From the IMG/VR virus record IMGVR_UViG_3300028888_000006, positions 34,614 to 98,613 of that record: a DNA stretch of 64,000 bases; one strand, written 5' to 3'. The notes below the pieces were generated by a model that did no database searches, was not told the origin of the DNA, and was given only the letters and a program-made list of their open reading frames with translations. The translations under genes and the position numbers were made by a program. The DNA is from a virus (lineage: Duplodnaviria; Caudoviricetes). Position 1 is the first letter of the stretch. The number at the start of each line of letters is the position of its first letter. Shown here in pieces: positions 47,853-57,156 of the stretch.

Positions 47853-48068
47853 ATGAAACAGAAGTACAGCAACAAGAACAGCAAGAAGAACGTGCAGGTC
47901 AGGGAGACTAAGCCGTTCGAGGGACTCATCAAGCAGCTTGAGCGTGAGACGCTCGTTCTCGTGAACATCTACAAGGCGAAGGATTTCGTCAAGGCGTGTT
48001 TCGACAAAGGCATCAAGGTCGATGTCGGCAGCACCTACAAGGACGGAGTTGTTATTTACAAGGACTAA
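47853..48068 (+). CDS. Hypothetical protein
   Basis: ORF with phage-like codon use. Confidence 0.6.
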   Translation: MKQKYSNKNSKKNVQVRETKPFEGLIKQLERETLVLVNIYKAKDFVKACFDKGIKVDVGSTYKDGVVIYKD

Positions 48069-48079
48069 AATATAGAGAG

Positions 48080-48496
48080 ATGAAAGCAAACAATCTTATC
48101 GAGTATGCCATCCTGAATGGCGAGGTGAACAGAGTAGCTCTTAACGAAGCCATCAAGCAGTTGCCGGAAGAGATTCGGCAGAGATTTGTTGAAATGGCGA
48201 TCGGGCTCGTCGATACTTCCGTTCTCCCTCCGAATATTCCGCAGACAAAGAATATCTATGGTCATGAGAATTGTCAGTTCTTGAGCTACAATTATCTTTA
48301 TGATCGCGTCAACTTCGAATACGAAGAAGAGGATGTTCGGTGGTTCAAGGACGAAAAGGACGCCAATAGGTTTTCTTCTACCGGGGACTATAGTTGGGTT
48401 GGTGAAAGAGAACTGAAGGATGAATACAATATCAAGGCGTCTCGCATTGTCAAACATACGAGCAGTTGCACATTTGGCGCCTGGATGGAAGCTTAA
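48080..48496 (+). CDS. Hypothetical protein
   Basis: Likely start MKANNL. Confidence 0.6.
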   Translation: MKANNLIEYAILNGEVNRVALNEAIKQLPEEIRQRFVEMAIGLVDTSVLPPNIPQTKNIYGHENCQFLSYNYLYDRVNFEYEEEDVRWFKDEKDANRFSSTGDYSWVGERELKDEYNIKASRIVKHTSSCTFGAWMEA

Positions 48497-48526
48497 TCAA
48501 GATTGTGGCAATTAACTGATAACATT

Positions 48527-48558
48527 TTTGTTTTATCGGTTGATTGTCACTATCTTTG
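48527..48558 (+). promoter_or_regulatory. Bacteroidota housekeeping-sigma promoter
   Basis: TTTG-N20-TATCTTTG. Confidence 0.8.
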
Positions 48559-48633
48559 ACATATTCAGGCTCGGTTGAGTCTGTGTTTCCACGTTGAAAC
48601 AAACACGGCTGTGAAGTCCTGTCTGTTTTTTAT

Positions 48634-48712
48634 GGCCCCTTAGCTCAGTTGGTTAGTCAGCAGCGCACTCATAATGCGAAGGTCGGCGGTTCAAGTCCGC
48701 CAGGGGCCACCA
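48634..48712 (+). tRNA. tRNA with CAU anticodon, probably Ile2
   Basis: GGCCCCT/AGGGGCC acceptor stem, ctCATaa loop, GGTTCAAGTCC T-arm, encoded CCA; resembles bacterial tRNA-Ile2. Confidence 0.88.
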
Positions 48713-48730
48713 AATCAAAACTATTTCCTA

Positions 48731-48904
48731 ATGACAAAAGAACAGAAATTCGAATTGGCTCGCGAGATGCGGACCAATATGGACTTGACTAAGGAACAGT
48801 ATCTCGAGATGTGCAAACTCTGTGATGAGCTGGATCTTAATCGTCTTGAAACTGAACCGGAAGAACCATCTTGGGATGATATTCTTGGCACTGAAAATAA
48901 TTAG
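48731..48904 (+). CDS. Small acidic protein
   Basis: Likely start MTKEQK. Confidence 0.55.
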   Translation: MTKEQKFELAREMRTNMDLTKEQYLEMCKLCDELDLNRLETEPEEPSWDDILGTENN

Positions 48905-48910
48905 AACATT

Positions 48911-48942
48911 TTTGTTTCTCTCGCTGATAATCAGTATATTTG
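48911..48942 (+). promoter_or_regulatory. Bacteroidota housekeeping-sigma promoter
   Basis: TTTG-N20-TATATTTG. Confidence 0.8.
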
Positions 48943-48949
48943 TAATACT

Positions 48950-49153
48950 ATGAATAAGAAAATTAATTGGAAGCGGGCACTCGCTGTCTGCTTATGTCTC
49001 GTCTTCACATGGATAGCGGTTTCGCTCTGGGTATTCTCTTATGAGATAAGAGATTTTACTCATATACCTGTTCAATGGATTGAAGTTTTATCCATTGTAA
49101 TGGGTTGTCTTGGCTTATCATTTTCGTGTCTTGCATATGAAAGAAAGTTATAG
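48950..49153 (+). CDS. Two-TM membrane protein
   Basis: Hydrophobic segments. Confidence 0.55.
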   Translation: MNKKINWKRALAVCLCLVFTWIAVSLWVFSYEIRDFTHIPVQWIEVLSIVMGCLGLSFSCLAYERKL

Positions 49154-49676
49154 CCCGGAAGAAAAGTTCTGTGTCAGGTATTTGCTTGACCATGGAATCA
49201 ATTCCACGAACTTCACGAAAGTAGTATTGACACTCAAGAATACTGATGTCAAATATGAACTTGTTAAGTCAACTACAAATGTTTCTTTCTTCGATGAGCT
49301 TGCCGGTAAATTGCGTGAATTATGGCCTCCAGGAGAGAAAGATGGTAAATGGCCTTGGAGAGATTCTGTTCCCAATCTTTCTCGTAGACTTGAAACGCTT
49401 TGGCGGGATCGCGGACTCAAGGATAAGACTATTGACGAATGTCTTTCTGTTGCGAGAAAATATCTCGCCCAGTTCGAGGATAATGTCAAGTACATGCAGA
49501 CGCTTAAGTATTTCATTCTGAAACAGAAGTCTATCGTGGAGAAAGACGGGCGAATCAAGTATATCAACGAATCCAAGTTCGCAGATATTCTTGAGGGCAA
49601 TTCTGAACTTGCAGCGATGGATGACTGGAATGATATCCTTAACGGCTCGACCGTTGACGAAGGAGAACTTATTTAA
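49137..49676 (+). CDS. Conserved protein upstream of helicase
   Basis: LRELWP.G.K...YMQTLKYFILK; likely start MKESYS. Confidence 0.65.
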   Translation: MKESYSPEEKFCVRYLLDHGINSTNFTKVVLTLKNTDVKYELVKSTTNVSFFDELAGKLRELWPPGEKDGKWPWRDSVPNLSRRLETLWRDRGLKDKTIDECLSVARKYLAQFEDNVKYMQTLKYFILKQKSIVEKDGRIKYINESKFADILEGNSELAAMDDWNDILNGSTVDEGELI

Positions 49677-49686
49677 TTGTTCAAAT

Positions 49687-49938
49687 ATGAAAAAGATTAG
49701 CAAGAGTTTATTCAGCTGGGCAGACACATTTGTCATTACTTCTATTATCTTTTTCGTCGCCAGTTTTATCGGGTTTATCCTTGACAGCGCTTGGTGTGGC
49801 GATGCGTTCAATGGTGCATTGGTTCTTATTATTCTTGCCCCGTTTGCTCGTGGATTCGGAGTTCTTGTTCAGAATGCTGAAGAGGAAATGGCTCATCGGT
49901 TTGATGTTAAACTTGAGAAAAGCGATGATGAGAAATGA
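49687..49938 (+). CDS. Two-TM membrane protein
   Basis: Likely start MKKISK. Confidence 0.5.
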   Translation: MKKISKSLFSWADTFVITSIIFFVASFIGFILDSAWCGDAFNGALVLIILAPFARGFGVLVQNAEEEMAHRFDVKLEKSDDEK

Positions 49939-52196
49939 TCAAGGGAGTTAATCCGACAGAAAAGGAGTTCGAGATAATAGAGCAATTTGGTTCTGAGTTA
50001 TCTGATCTCGAGAATATCGGTTCAGTCATTGACAATCTGGAAGAAAGACGGAAGAATTTGATGAAAGGTGGCGTGAATTGCATTCCGCTCCCTTTTGAAA
50101 GATTCCGTTCTGAGATCCCGGGTATTGAACAGGGACAATATGTGGTTATCACAGCCAATCAGAAGACTGGCAAGTGCTTCGCAAAAGGCACAAGAATCCG
50201 TATGGCTGATAATACAATCAAAAACATTGAAGATATTCATGTTGGCGATTGGGTAATGTCACCAAACGATGAGGCCCCCAAACAGGTTCTATCTCTTGGT
50301 TCTGGCAAGGAACAAATGTATCGTGTTTATAGTGAGATGCATGATGACTTGATTGTAAATGAAAGTCATGTAATGTATCTTCATAAATGCGAAGGCTCTC
50401 GCAGAAAAGCGAGATATTTTACTGAAACAATTGGTAATCTTTATCAAAAACAAAAGACGGTCAAGAATTTCAGAAAGTATTATCAGGCAGTTGCTTCTGA
50501 TGAATGCGAATTTGGCATAAAAGTCAATTTGTCTATTGAGCCATATTTCTATGGTTTATGGCTGGGTGATGGTTCAACTAAAGGCAGTGATATAACTACT
50601 ACTGATCCTGAGATTGTTTCTTATTTGCAGGAATATGCAAACAGGATTGGCATGAAGCTTACCGCATATTCTGTAAGCAATCGTTGCAATAGATACAATA
50701 TTTGTCGAACCTCCCACCAAGATTCACTTGGTTTTCTTAAAAGACTTGAAGATGTAACAGGTTGTCAAAAACAACATATTAATCGAGATTACCTGAATGC
50801 CTCTATTTCTGACAGGTATGAATTACTTGCCGGAATAATTGATTCGGATGGATATCTGAATAAATTCCATACAGGATATCAGATTACCATGAAGGATCGT
50901 TCTTGTATTGAAGATATTCAGGAACTTGCTCGAAGTCTTGGGATGGCGACCAATATTCGGATTAAACATAATTCCAAGTATGAGAAGGATTATTTTACTC
51001 TTTGCATTACTGGAAGAAATTGTGTGAAGATTCCAGTTAAGTTAGCCAGGAAGAAATGTAAGCTATCAAAGAAGGATTATCGACATTTCTCATTTTCGAT
51101 CGAGCCGATTGGCGAAGGTGAATATTATGGTCTTACACTTGGAGGGAATCATCTATTTCTTCTGGAAGATTATACGATTGTTCACAATACTCAGATAGCC
51201 AATTATCTGTATCTGTTCAAGACTCTTGATTACTGCTTTGAGCATCCAGATAGGTGTTCTTGTCATATCATCTATTTCGCTCTCGAAGAAAGCGTACAGA
51301 AGATTATCGAGCGATACATGTCTCATCTTCTGTTTAAGTTGGATGGTCAAAGATTTGCTCCGGCTGATTTGCGTTCCACTTCTATGGATTATCCAATCCC
51401 TCCAGAAGTTATCGACCTTCTCAAGTCTGAAAGATATCAGGAAAGACTTCGTTTCTTCGAAGAGTGTGTTCAATTCGAGACAGAGAATACAAATCCTACC
51501 GGTGTGCTTCGTGTTTGTGAGGCTTATGCCAAATCTGTCGGCTCTTATAAGTCACACAAACAAGCTTCGAAGGGTGATTGGACTAAGGAGGTTGAAATCT
51601 TTGACTCTTATGTTCCGAATGATAAGAACCATTACAAGATTTGCATCATAGATCATATTGGTCTCGTAGACAGAGAGCAGGGGTTCAGGACAAAGGATGC
51701 CGTGGACAAGATGTCCGAGTATTTCGTCAAGTATCTTCGCAATCGATACGGCTTCACTTGTGTCGCCATTCAGCAACAGGCTTCCGAATCAGAAGGTCTT
51801 GAAGCTATCAAGCAAAAACGAATGCTTCCTACTGCATCCACTCTCGGTGATTCAAAATATACGGCAAGAGATGCTGATTTGGTTCTTGGCTTGTTTGATC
51901 CGTCTAAATTTGGCTTGAATACCTGGCTTGGTTACGACATTGGTACCGGCTTGAAGAACTATGGTCGTTTCCTGTATGTCATTGCCAATCGAAATGGCGA
52001 GATGGGCGGAGTATGTCCTTTGTTCTTTGATGGTGCCGTATGTGATTTTGAGGAACTCCCGAGACCTGACGAAGTTACCAAGATAAAGGAATATTATGAC
52101 AAGGCCATGGAACTCAAATCATGGAAACAGAAGAAACGGATTCAGCAGTTGACACTTTTCAATTTCATTATTTCATTATTTAACATTCTCAAGTAA
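49935..52196 (+). CDS. dnaB: DnaB-like replicative helicase with intein
   Basis: Walker A ANQKTGK|T, FALEES, IIDHIGL, IQQQ, DSKYTARDAD, NRNG. Confidence 0.88.
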   Translation: MIKGVNPTEKEFEIIEQFGSELSDLENIGSVIDNLEERRKNLMKGGVNCIPLPFERFRSEIPGIEQGQYVVITANQKTGKCFAKGTRIRMADNTIKNIEDIHVGDWVMSPNDEAPKQVLSLGSGKEQMYRVYSEMHDDLIVNESHVMYLHKCEGSRRKARYFTETIGNLYQKQKTVKNFRKYYQAVASDECEFGIKVNLSIEPYFYGLWLGDGSTKGSDITTTDPEIVSYLQEYANRIGMKLTAYSVSNRCNRYNICRTSHQDSLGFLKRLEDVTGCQKQHINRDYLNASISDRYELLAGIIDSDGYLNKFHTGYQITMKDRSCIEDIQELARSLGMATNIRIKHNSKYEKDYFTLCITGRNCVKIPVKLARKKCKLSKKDYRHFSFSIEPIGEGEYYGLTLGGNHLFLLEDYTIVHNTQIANYLYLFKTLDYCFEHPDRCSCHIIYFALEESVQKIIERYMSHLLFKLDGQRFAPADLRSTSMDYPIPPEVIDLLKSERYQERLRFFEECVQFETENTNPTGVLRVCEAYAKSVGSYKSHKQASKGDWTKEVEIFDSYVPNDKNHYKICIIDHIGLVDREQGFRTKDAVDKMSEYFVKYLRNRYGFTCVAIQQQASESEGLEAIKQKRMLPTASTLGDSKYTARDADLVLGLFDPSKFGLNTWLGYDIGTGLKNYGRFLYVIANRNGEMGGVCPLFFDGAVCDFEELPRPDEVTKIKEYYDKAMELKSWKQKKRIQQLTLFNFIISLFNILK
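50175..51188 (+). mobile_element. Intein (338 aa) with LAGLIDADG endonuclease
   Basis: Begins CFAKGT, ends VHN followed by Thr; GLWLGDG and LAGIIDSDG motifs. Confidence 0.93.
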
Positions 52197-52454
52197 ATGG
52201 AAGAAAATAGAGACCTTCTTAAAATCACCAGAGAGGAAGAAGGAATTGGCGTTCATTGGGACGTTCATGGCGCAGATGAGATGATGGGCATATGTGCCGC
52301 TTTAACATCCTGCGCGATACGAAATGAAGCATTTCTATTTATGCTTCTCGGCACTATCAAGCAGGCATTTAGCAATGACGAGTTTGCAAAAACACTTAAG
52401 GATAATTGCTTTGAAATGCCAGATTTCGATGCGATTCTTAAAAACGATGATTGA
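52197..52454 (+). CDS. Hypothetical protein
   Basis: Abuts the helicase stop. Confidence 0.6.
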   Translation: MEENRDLLKITREEEGIGVHWDVHGADEMMGICAALTSCAIRNEAFLFMLLGTIKQAFSNDEFAKTLKDNCFEMPDFDAILKNDD

Positions 52455-52455
52455 T

Positions 52456-52812
52456 ATGTCACGAGGAAAAGACTATACAACTACAGAGCTCGCCGAAATT
52501 AAGGGTTATCTTAAGGATGGGTGTAGTTATGAAGAGATTGCTGAGTTGATGGGGCGTAGCAAGAAGTCTATTGAAAACACTGTTCTGCGCCAAGGCTGGA
52601 CCAGGGGTCGTTTTAATGACGATGCTGTTGAGCCGTCAACTCAAAAACAGGCTATTGTTGAACAGGCGCCGGTAAAGGAAAAGACTTTGAAGGATTTTCC
52701 AGCTCGTGAGATGATCAGGTATCTCTATAGTCTTGGCTATCGTATCGAGGATAACAAGCTCGTATGTTATGTCAAGCAGACAGTTAATGTAAAGGATATT
52801 ATCAATGGCTAA
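52456..52812 (+). CDS. HTH protein
   Basis: GCSYEEIAELMGRSKKSIE; likely start MSRGKD. Confidence 0.65.
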   Translation: MSRGKDYTTTELAEIKGYLKDGCSYEEIAELMGRSKKSIENTVLRQGWTRGRFNDDAVEPSTQKQAIVEQAPVKEKTLKDFPAREMIRYLYSLGYRIEDNKLVCYVKQTVNVKDIING

Positions 52813-52837
52813 AGAGATTATGGTTTAACTTAAAACA

Positions 52838-53626
52838 ATGGAAAGGAAGATTACAATTGCGAGATTAGAAGCGGCTCTTAATGATTATATTGGCTCAAGT
52901 TTAAGTCTTCGTGAATTAGCTCAAAAACATAATATTTCTCGTCCGACACTTGCTGGATTTCTTTTGGGGCGCGGGGTCGATATTTATACAAGAAAAAGCA
53001 GGGTTAATACATTTGCTTTTGATTGTATCGATACAGAAGAAAAAGCTTATTGGCTTGGATTTCTGTATGCAGACGGATCTGTTTCTCATTACAAGTCATC
53101 AAAGCGTGTTGAGCTTGGTCTAAAAGAATCAGACTATGAACACCTTCAGAAATTTTCAAAGTTTCTAAGTTATCGTGGCGAGATTCATTATAGGCCAGAG
53201 ACTAAATCCTATCGTGTGTATTTTGGGTGCCAGAAGATTCATGATGATTTGGTGCGTTTAGGATGTGTAGAAAAAAAGTCTTTAGTTCTTGTGTTTCCAA
53301 ATAGTGAACAAGTACCACAACATTTGCTTCCACATTTTATTCGAGGATATTTCGAAGGTGATGGCAGCATTGAAGTTGTACACAATGTTCGCGGAACAAT
53401 TCGAAAAACCGTTTCTCTTCTTGGAACAAAAGAATTTCTTAGTGCCCTACTTGCGAATCTTCCGTTCAAGGTCAATTCTATCAATATCATAAAGAAGTGC
53501 AAGAATAACGATTCAAATAACTATTATTTTCAGCTTCGCAAATCCGATTCCGAATTGTTCTTGAATTATATATATTCAAACGCAACTGTGTTTTTAGATC
53601 GCAAACACGAATTATATCTATTATAA
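52838..53626 (+). mobile_element. Free-standing LAGLIDADG homing endonuclease gene
   Basis: AYWLGFLYADG and FIRGYFEGDG; N-terminal HTH; AT-rich. Confidence 0.9.
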
Positions 53627-53628
53627 CA

Positions 53629-54303
53629 ATGGCAAAAACAATTCTTATTTGTGGTAAGACCGGGACTGGTAAGACCACCGCTATTCGTACACTTAATCCG
53701 GAGGAAACTGTTATTCTTCGAGTTATTAATCGTACCCTTCCGTTCAAGTTTACTGGTAAATACGGGAAAGAACAGAAGAATCTTTTCTTTACGCCTTCTT
53801 ATGAAGATGTTTTGAAAGGATTGAAATGGGCCAATGCTCAGTCGAATGTCAAGAATATCGTTATCACAGATGGCACTTATATCATTCGCCAGGAGTATTT
53901 TAAGCTTGCTGCACAGAAGGGATATGACAAGTATACTGCGTTTGCAATGCATATGCAGCAAATCCTGAAGGCAATCCAGGAACTTCGTGACGATATCAAG
54001 GTATTCATGGAGTACCATGTCGAAGCCGTGATGACGGATGCTGGCGCTGTTGAATACAAGCCGTCTACTGTTGGGAAGCTGCTTGATAATCAGTATAACA
54101 TTCTCGAGAATGTGGATATTGTCCTTTTCTCCAATCCGCAGTATGATGACAAAAAGATTTCATATGGCTTCGTGACTAATAGGACCATTGACAGAACCGG
54201 TGCGGAAATTCCAGCTAAGAGCCCGATGGGAATGTTCGAAGAAGAATTCATTCCTAACGATCTGGCTCTTGTGGCAAAGAAAATCGATGAATATTATGAA
54301 TAG
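53629..54303 (+). CDS. AAA_24/Sak4-like ATPase
   Basis: GKTGTGKT; TVGKLLD; AKSPMGMF. Confidence 0.8.
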   Translation: MAKTILICGKTGTGKTTAIRTLNPEETVILRVINRTLPFKFTGKYGKEQKNLFFTPSYEDVLKGLKWANAQSNVKNIVITDGTYIIRQEYFKLAAQKGYDKYTAFAMHMQQILKAIQELRDDIKVFMEYHVEAVMTDAGAVEYKPSTVGKLLDNQYNILENVDIVLFSNPQYDDKKISYGFVTNRTIDRTGAEIPAKSPMGMFEEEFIPNDLALVAKKIDEYYE

Positions 54304-54466
54304 TATCGAGTTTCTTAAAAGACTTACCGGTATCATCTCTGAACTTCCTGCGGAAGGAATGTTGCTTCCCATGAGAATCAATGGGAAAGAGGTCGCCGGA
54401 TTGTCTTTCGGGGTGCATTGTAACAATGATGAAGTTGACTATATCAATTTGATTATCAATGACTAA
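54296..54466 (+). CDS. Hypothetical protein
   Basis: Overlaps both neighbours. Confidence 0.5.
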   Translation: MNSIEFLKRLTGIISELPAEGMLLPMRINGKEVAGLSFGVHCNNDEVDYINLIIND

Positions 54467-55550
54467 AGATGAACTTCAAGGAATCGCGGCAAGGCGCTTG
54501 ATGAACTCCAGGAGGCTCGTCTGTCAATGGGCTACAGGTGTAGGCAAGTCAAATGTGGCGTTGCGGTTCCTTGAAGACCATCCTTCACTGAACTGTCTTA
54601 TTCTCGTTCCGGAAGATGACAATATAAAGAACTGGAAAGCGGAATTTCAGAAGTTCAATGTCCCGGACGATAATGTCACTATTGCTTGTTATGCATCGTT
54701 GCACAAGTTTCTTCATACCGGCTGGGGCCTCATAGTTCTTGATGAGGTCCCACATACTGATACAGAGAAACGAACTGCAATGCTCAAGACCATAGACGGA
54801 GATTATGTTCTCGCGCTTGGCGCCGTCGTTGATGAAGAGGAGATGAATTCCCTTCAATCTGTATATGGTAAATTCGATGTGTCAAGGATTACTCTCGAAC
54901 GCGCCATGGAAGCAGGATGGATATCAAGGGTGCGCGTCTGCGTGCTGCACCTTCAAATGGACGATGTGCATCCGTTATATTGGTACAAAGGCAGGGCATA
55001 TTCCGAAAAAGGATATTATACTATCTTGAGCAATCAGGTCGATACGGCGGTAAACACTTATAATCTCAAGGCGAACAAATTCAATAAGCTGCGAATGCTA
55101 TCTGCCGGTAGTGCCAGGAAGAGATTTCTTGGCGACAGGAAAGAAGAGGCGTTACGAAAGCTATGTCAGCGTCTTGAATATAAGGGGAAACGCTTTCTAT
55201 GTTTTTGCTCGTCGATCGAGCAGGCTGAAAAACTGGGAGGAGACAATGCGTATACTTCCAGAAGCCCGAAGTCCCAGGCACATCTTGACAGGTTCAACAA
55301 CCACGAGATAAATTCATTGTTTGTGGTTGGAAAACTTATCGAAGGTCAGAATCTCAAGGATATTGATTGTGGCATTATCGGTCAGCTTGGAGGAACGGAG
55401 CGAATCTCTGTTCAGCAGATAGGAAGAATCATTCGAAGTGTAAATCCCATTGTTTACATACCTGTATTTGACGGTACTAAAGATGATAGCTTTCTATATA
55501 CTGTAACAAGCAATATATCAACTGATTGTATAGAACATTATAAGTTTTAA
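54459..55550 (+). CDS. SF2 helicase
   Basis: ATGVGKS, DEVPH, QQIGRIIR. Confidence 0.8.
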   Translation: MTKDELQGIAARRLMNSRRLVCQWATGVGKSNVALRFLEDHPSLNCLILVPEDDNIKNWKAEFQKFNVPDDNVTIACYASLHKFLHTGWGLIVLDEVPHTDTEKRTAMLKTIDGDYVLALGAVVDEEEMNSLQSVYGKFDVSRITLERAMEAGWISRVRVCVLHLQMDDVHPLYWYKGRAYSEKGYYTILSNQVDTAVNTYNLKANKFNKLRMLSAGSARKRFLGDRKEEALRKLCQRLEYKGKRFLCFCSSIEQAEKLGGDNAYTSRSPKSQAHLDRFNNHEINSLFVVGKLIEGQNLKDIDCGIIGQLGGTERISVQQIGRIIRSVNPIVYIPVFDGTKDDSFLYTVTSNISTDCIEHYKF

Positions 55551-55577
55551 CCGTTTTCTTTAATTATAACAACCAAC

Positions 55578-56129
55578 ATGACAGAAAAACTTGCAAAAGA
55601 ATTCGAGAAGATCAGGGCTTCGCTTTTCAAATCAAAGAAGCTCATTCTCGCCGACATTGACAAGATCGATGAGAAATATCGTCGTCTTGCACAGGAGGAA
55701 AAGAAGAATCTTACCGAGAACCTCGGCATCCTGAACGAGCAGTTGAAGTATTATGACAATATGCTCGGTGGTGTTTCTGAAAATACAGAAGACATTTCCG
55801 TGGAGGAACAGAAGCCGGAGGAGGAGCCGAAGATTCAGGATACTATCTTCCCTGAAAACAATGAGCCTGAAACGAAGGAAGAAACCGCTGAACCCGCCAT
55901 CGAAGATGCTCCTCAGCCCGAGAAGAAAGAGAGCGGAATGACCAAGGAGGACATCGTTGCCGGTCTTGAAGCCGCCGGTTTTGTGAATATCGAGACTATC
56001 GCTAAAGAAACGAAAGAAGAATCGAAGGAAGGAAATGTAGCTGTCGAAGATATTCCTCAGCTCGGCGATCCTGACTGGAATGATCCTCAGAATGTTAAGA
56101 CCAACGATGATGGTTGGCCTCAGTGGTAA
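55578..56129 (+). CDS. Acidic protein
   Basis: Coiled-coil N-terminus, E-rich tail. Confidence 0.65.
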   Translation: MTEKLAKEFEKIRASLFKSKKLILADIDKIDEKYRRLAQEEKKNLTENLGILNEQLKYYDNMLGGVSENTEDISVEEQKPEEEPKIQDTIFPENNEPETKEETAEPAIEDAPQPEKKESGMTKEDIVAGLEAAGFVNIETIAKETKEESKEGNVAVEDIPQLGDPDWNDPQNVKTNDDGWPQW

Positions 56130-56172
56130 TTAAAAATACGAAAACAATAACAATAACTAAATAAAAATAATT

Positions 56173-57153
56173 ATGATTACTGGTAACAAAGATTCCAAGA
56201 ACCCTGCAAGTGGCGAACTCGTTGACATTCGTAAGTATTCTGGTGTTGCTTCTATCAGCGTGCTTGCCCTCAATCCCAATAACGCCAAGCTTCGTTCCTA
56301 TGGCTGGCAGATTCCAGAAGGTGCCGATGAACCCAATTATGCGAGCGTCGACAAGGATGGACGGAAATCCTTCCGCCTCCGTATGCTTGTCCAGATTCAC
56401 GATCTGGACGAAAAGCCCGTTGTCGCTCTCGATTATTGGCTGAGCCCCGAAGTTATGTTCAATAAGGATAGGACCAAGTGCAAGGTCATCGATTCCTTCG
56501 GTCGTACTGCATGGGGTACTAAGGCTGAAATTCAGGGTCATAAGATTCCTGTGTTCTCCAATGGGAACTTTGCAAATATCTCTTCCGATTATAAGCCCTG
56601 TCATGGCGGTGAGGAAGAGGTTGTTGCTTTCCTGATGAAGTTCTTGAATGTCACTCCTCTTCAGATTTTCGATCGCAAAAAGAATGCATGGGTGAATTCC
56701 AAGGATCCTGGCCATGTTACTATCGACAGCTGGGCTAATCTCTGCAATGGCAACCTTTCTGAAATCGCTGCTGCCATCGCAATGCAGCCTGACAATCGCG
56801 TAAAGGTCATTCTCGGTATTCGTACTACGGATGACAACAAATCCTATCAGACTTTCCTTCCGACGACTTATATCGGCAATGGTGCGATTCCTGATCGCAA
56901 TACCGGCGAATATACTTCCGCTCGAAAGGCGATCGACAAGTATTTCACGTCTCTTCAGCAGAGAGCCGAAAAGGAGCCTACCTTCGTGATTCCCAATGTC
57001 GAGTTCTCTGCCGCTCCGGTCAAGGAGTGGAATGTTACCGCCACCGAGGTCGCTGATAATGCGGATGCCAATGAAGCTCCTGGTTTCGATAGCCCTGAGT
57101 ATACCAAGCAGGTTGACGACGATCTTCCCTTCGGAGATAACGATTCTTTCTAG
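56173..57153 (+). CDS. Putative single-stranded DNA-binding protein
   Basis: C-terminal DDDLPF; IDSFGRTAW motif; next to primase. Confidence 0.55.
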   Translation: MITGNKDSKNPASGELVDIRKYSGVASISVLALNPNNAKLRSYGWQIPEGADEPNYASVDKDGRKSFRLRMLVQIHDLDEKPVVALDYWLSPEVMFNKDRTKCKVIDSFGRTAWGTKAEIQGHKIPVFSNGNFANISSDYKPCHGGEEEVVAFLMKFLNVTPLQIFDRKKNAWVNSKDPGHVTIDSWANLCNGNLSEIAAAIAMQPDNRVKVILGIRTTDDNKSYQTFLPTTYIGNGAIPDRNTGEYTSARKAIDKYFTSLQQRAEKEPTFVIPNVEFSAAPVKEWNVTATEVADNADANEAPGFDSPEYTKQVDDDLPFGDNDSF

Positions 57154-57156
57154 TCG

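Noticed and set aside
48560-48730. tRNA-associated HDV-like or hammerhead ribozyme
   Set aside because: Could not fit the required cores by eye, and sequence 3' of the tRNA is unstructured; a covariance search would settle it.
52826-53628. Group I intron carrying the LAGLIDADG gene
   Set aside because: Only about 9 nt before and 2 nt after the ORF, leaving no room for a ribozyme core; the ATPase has its own start.
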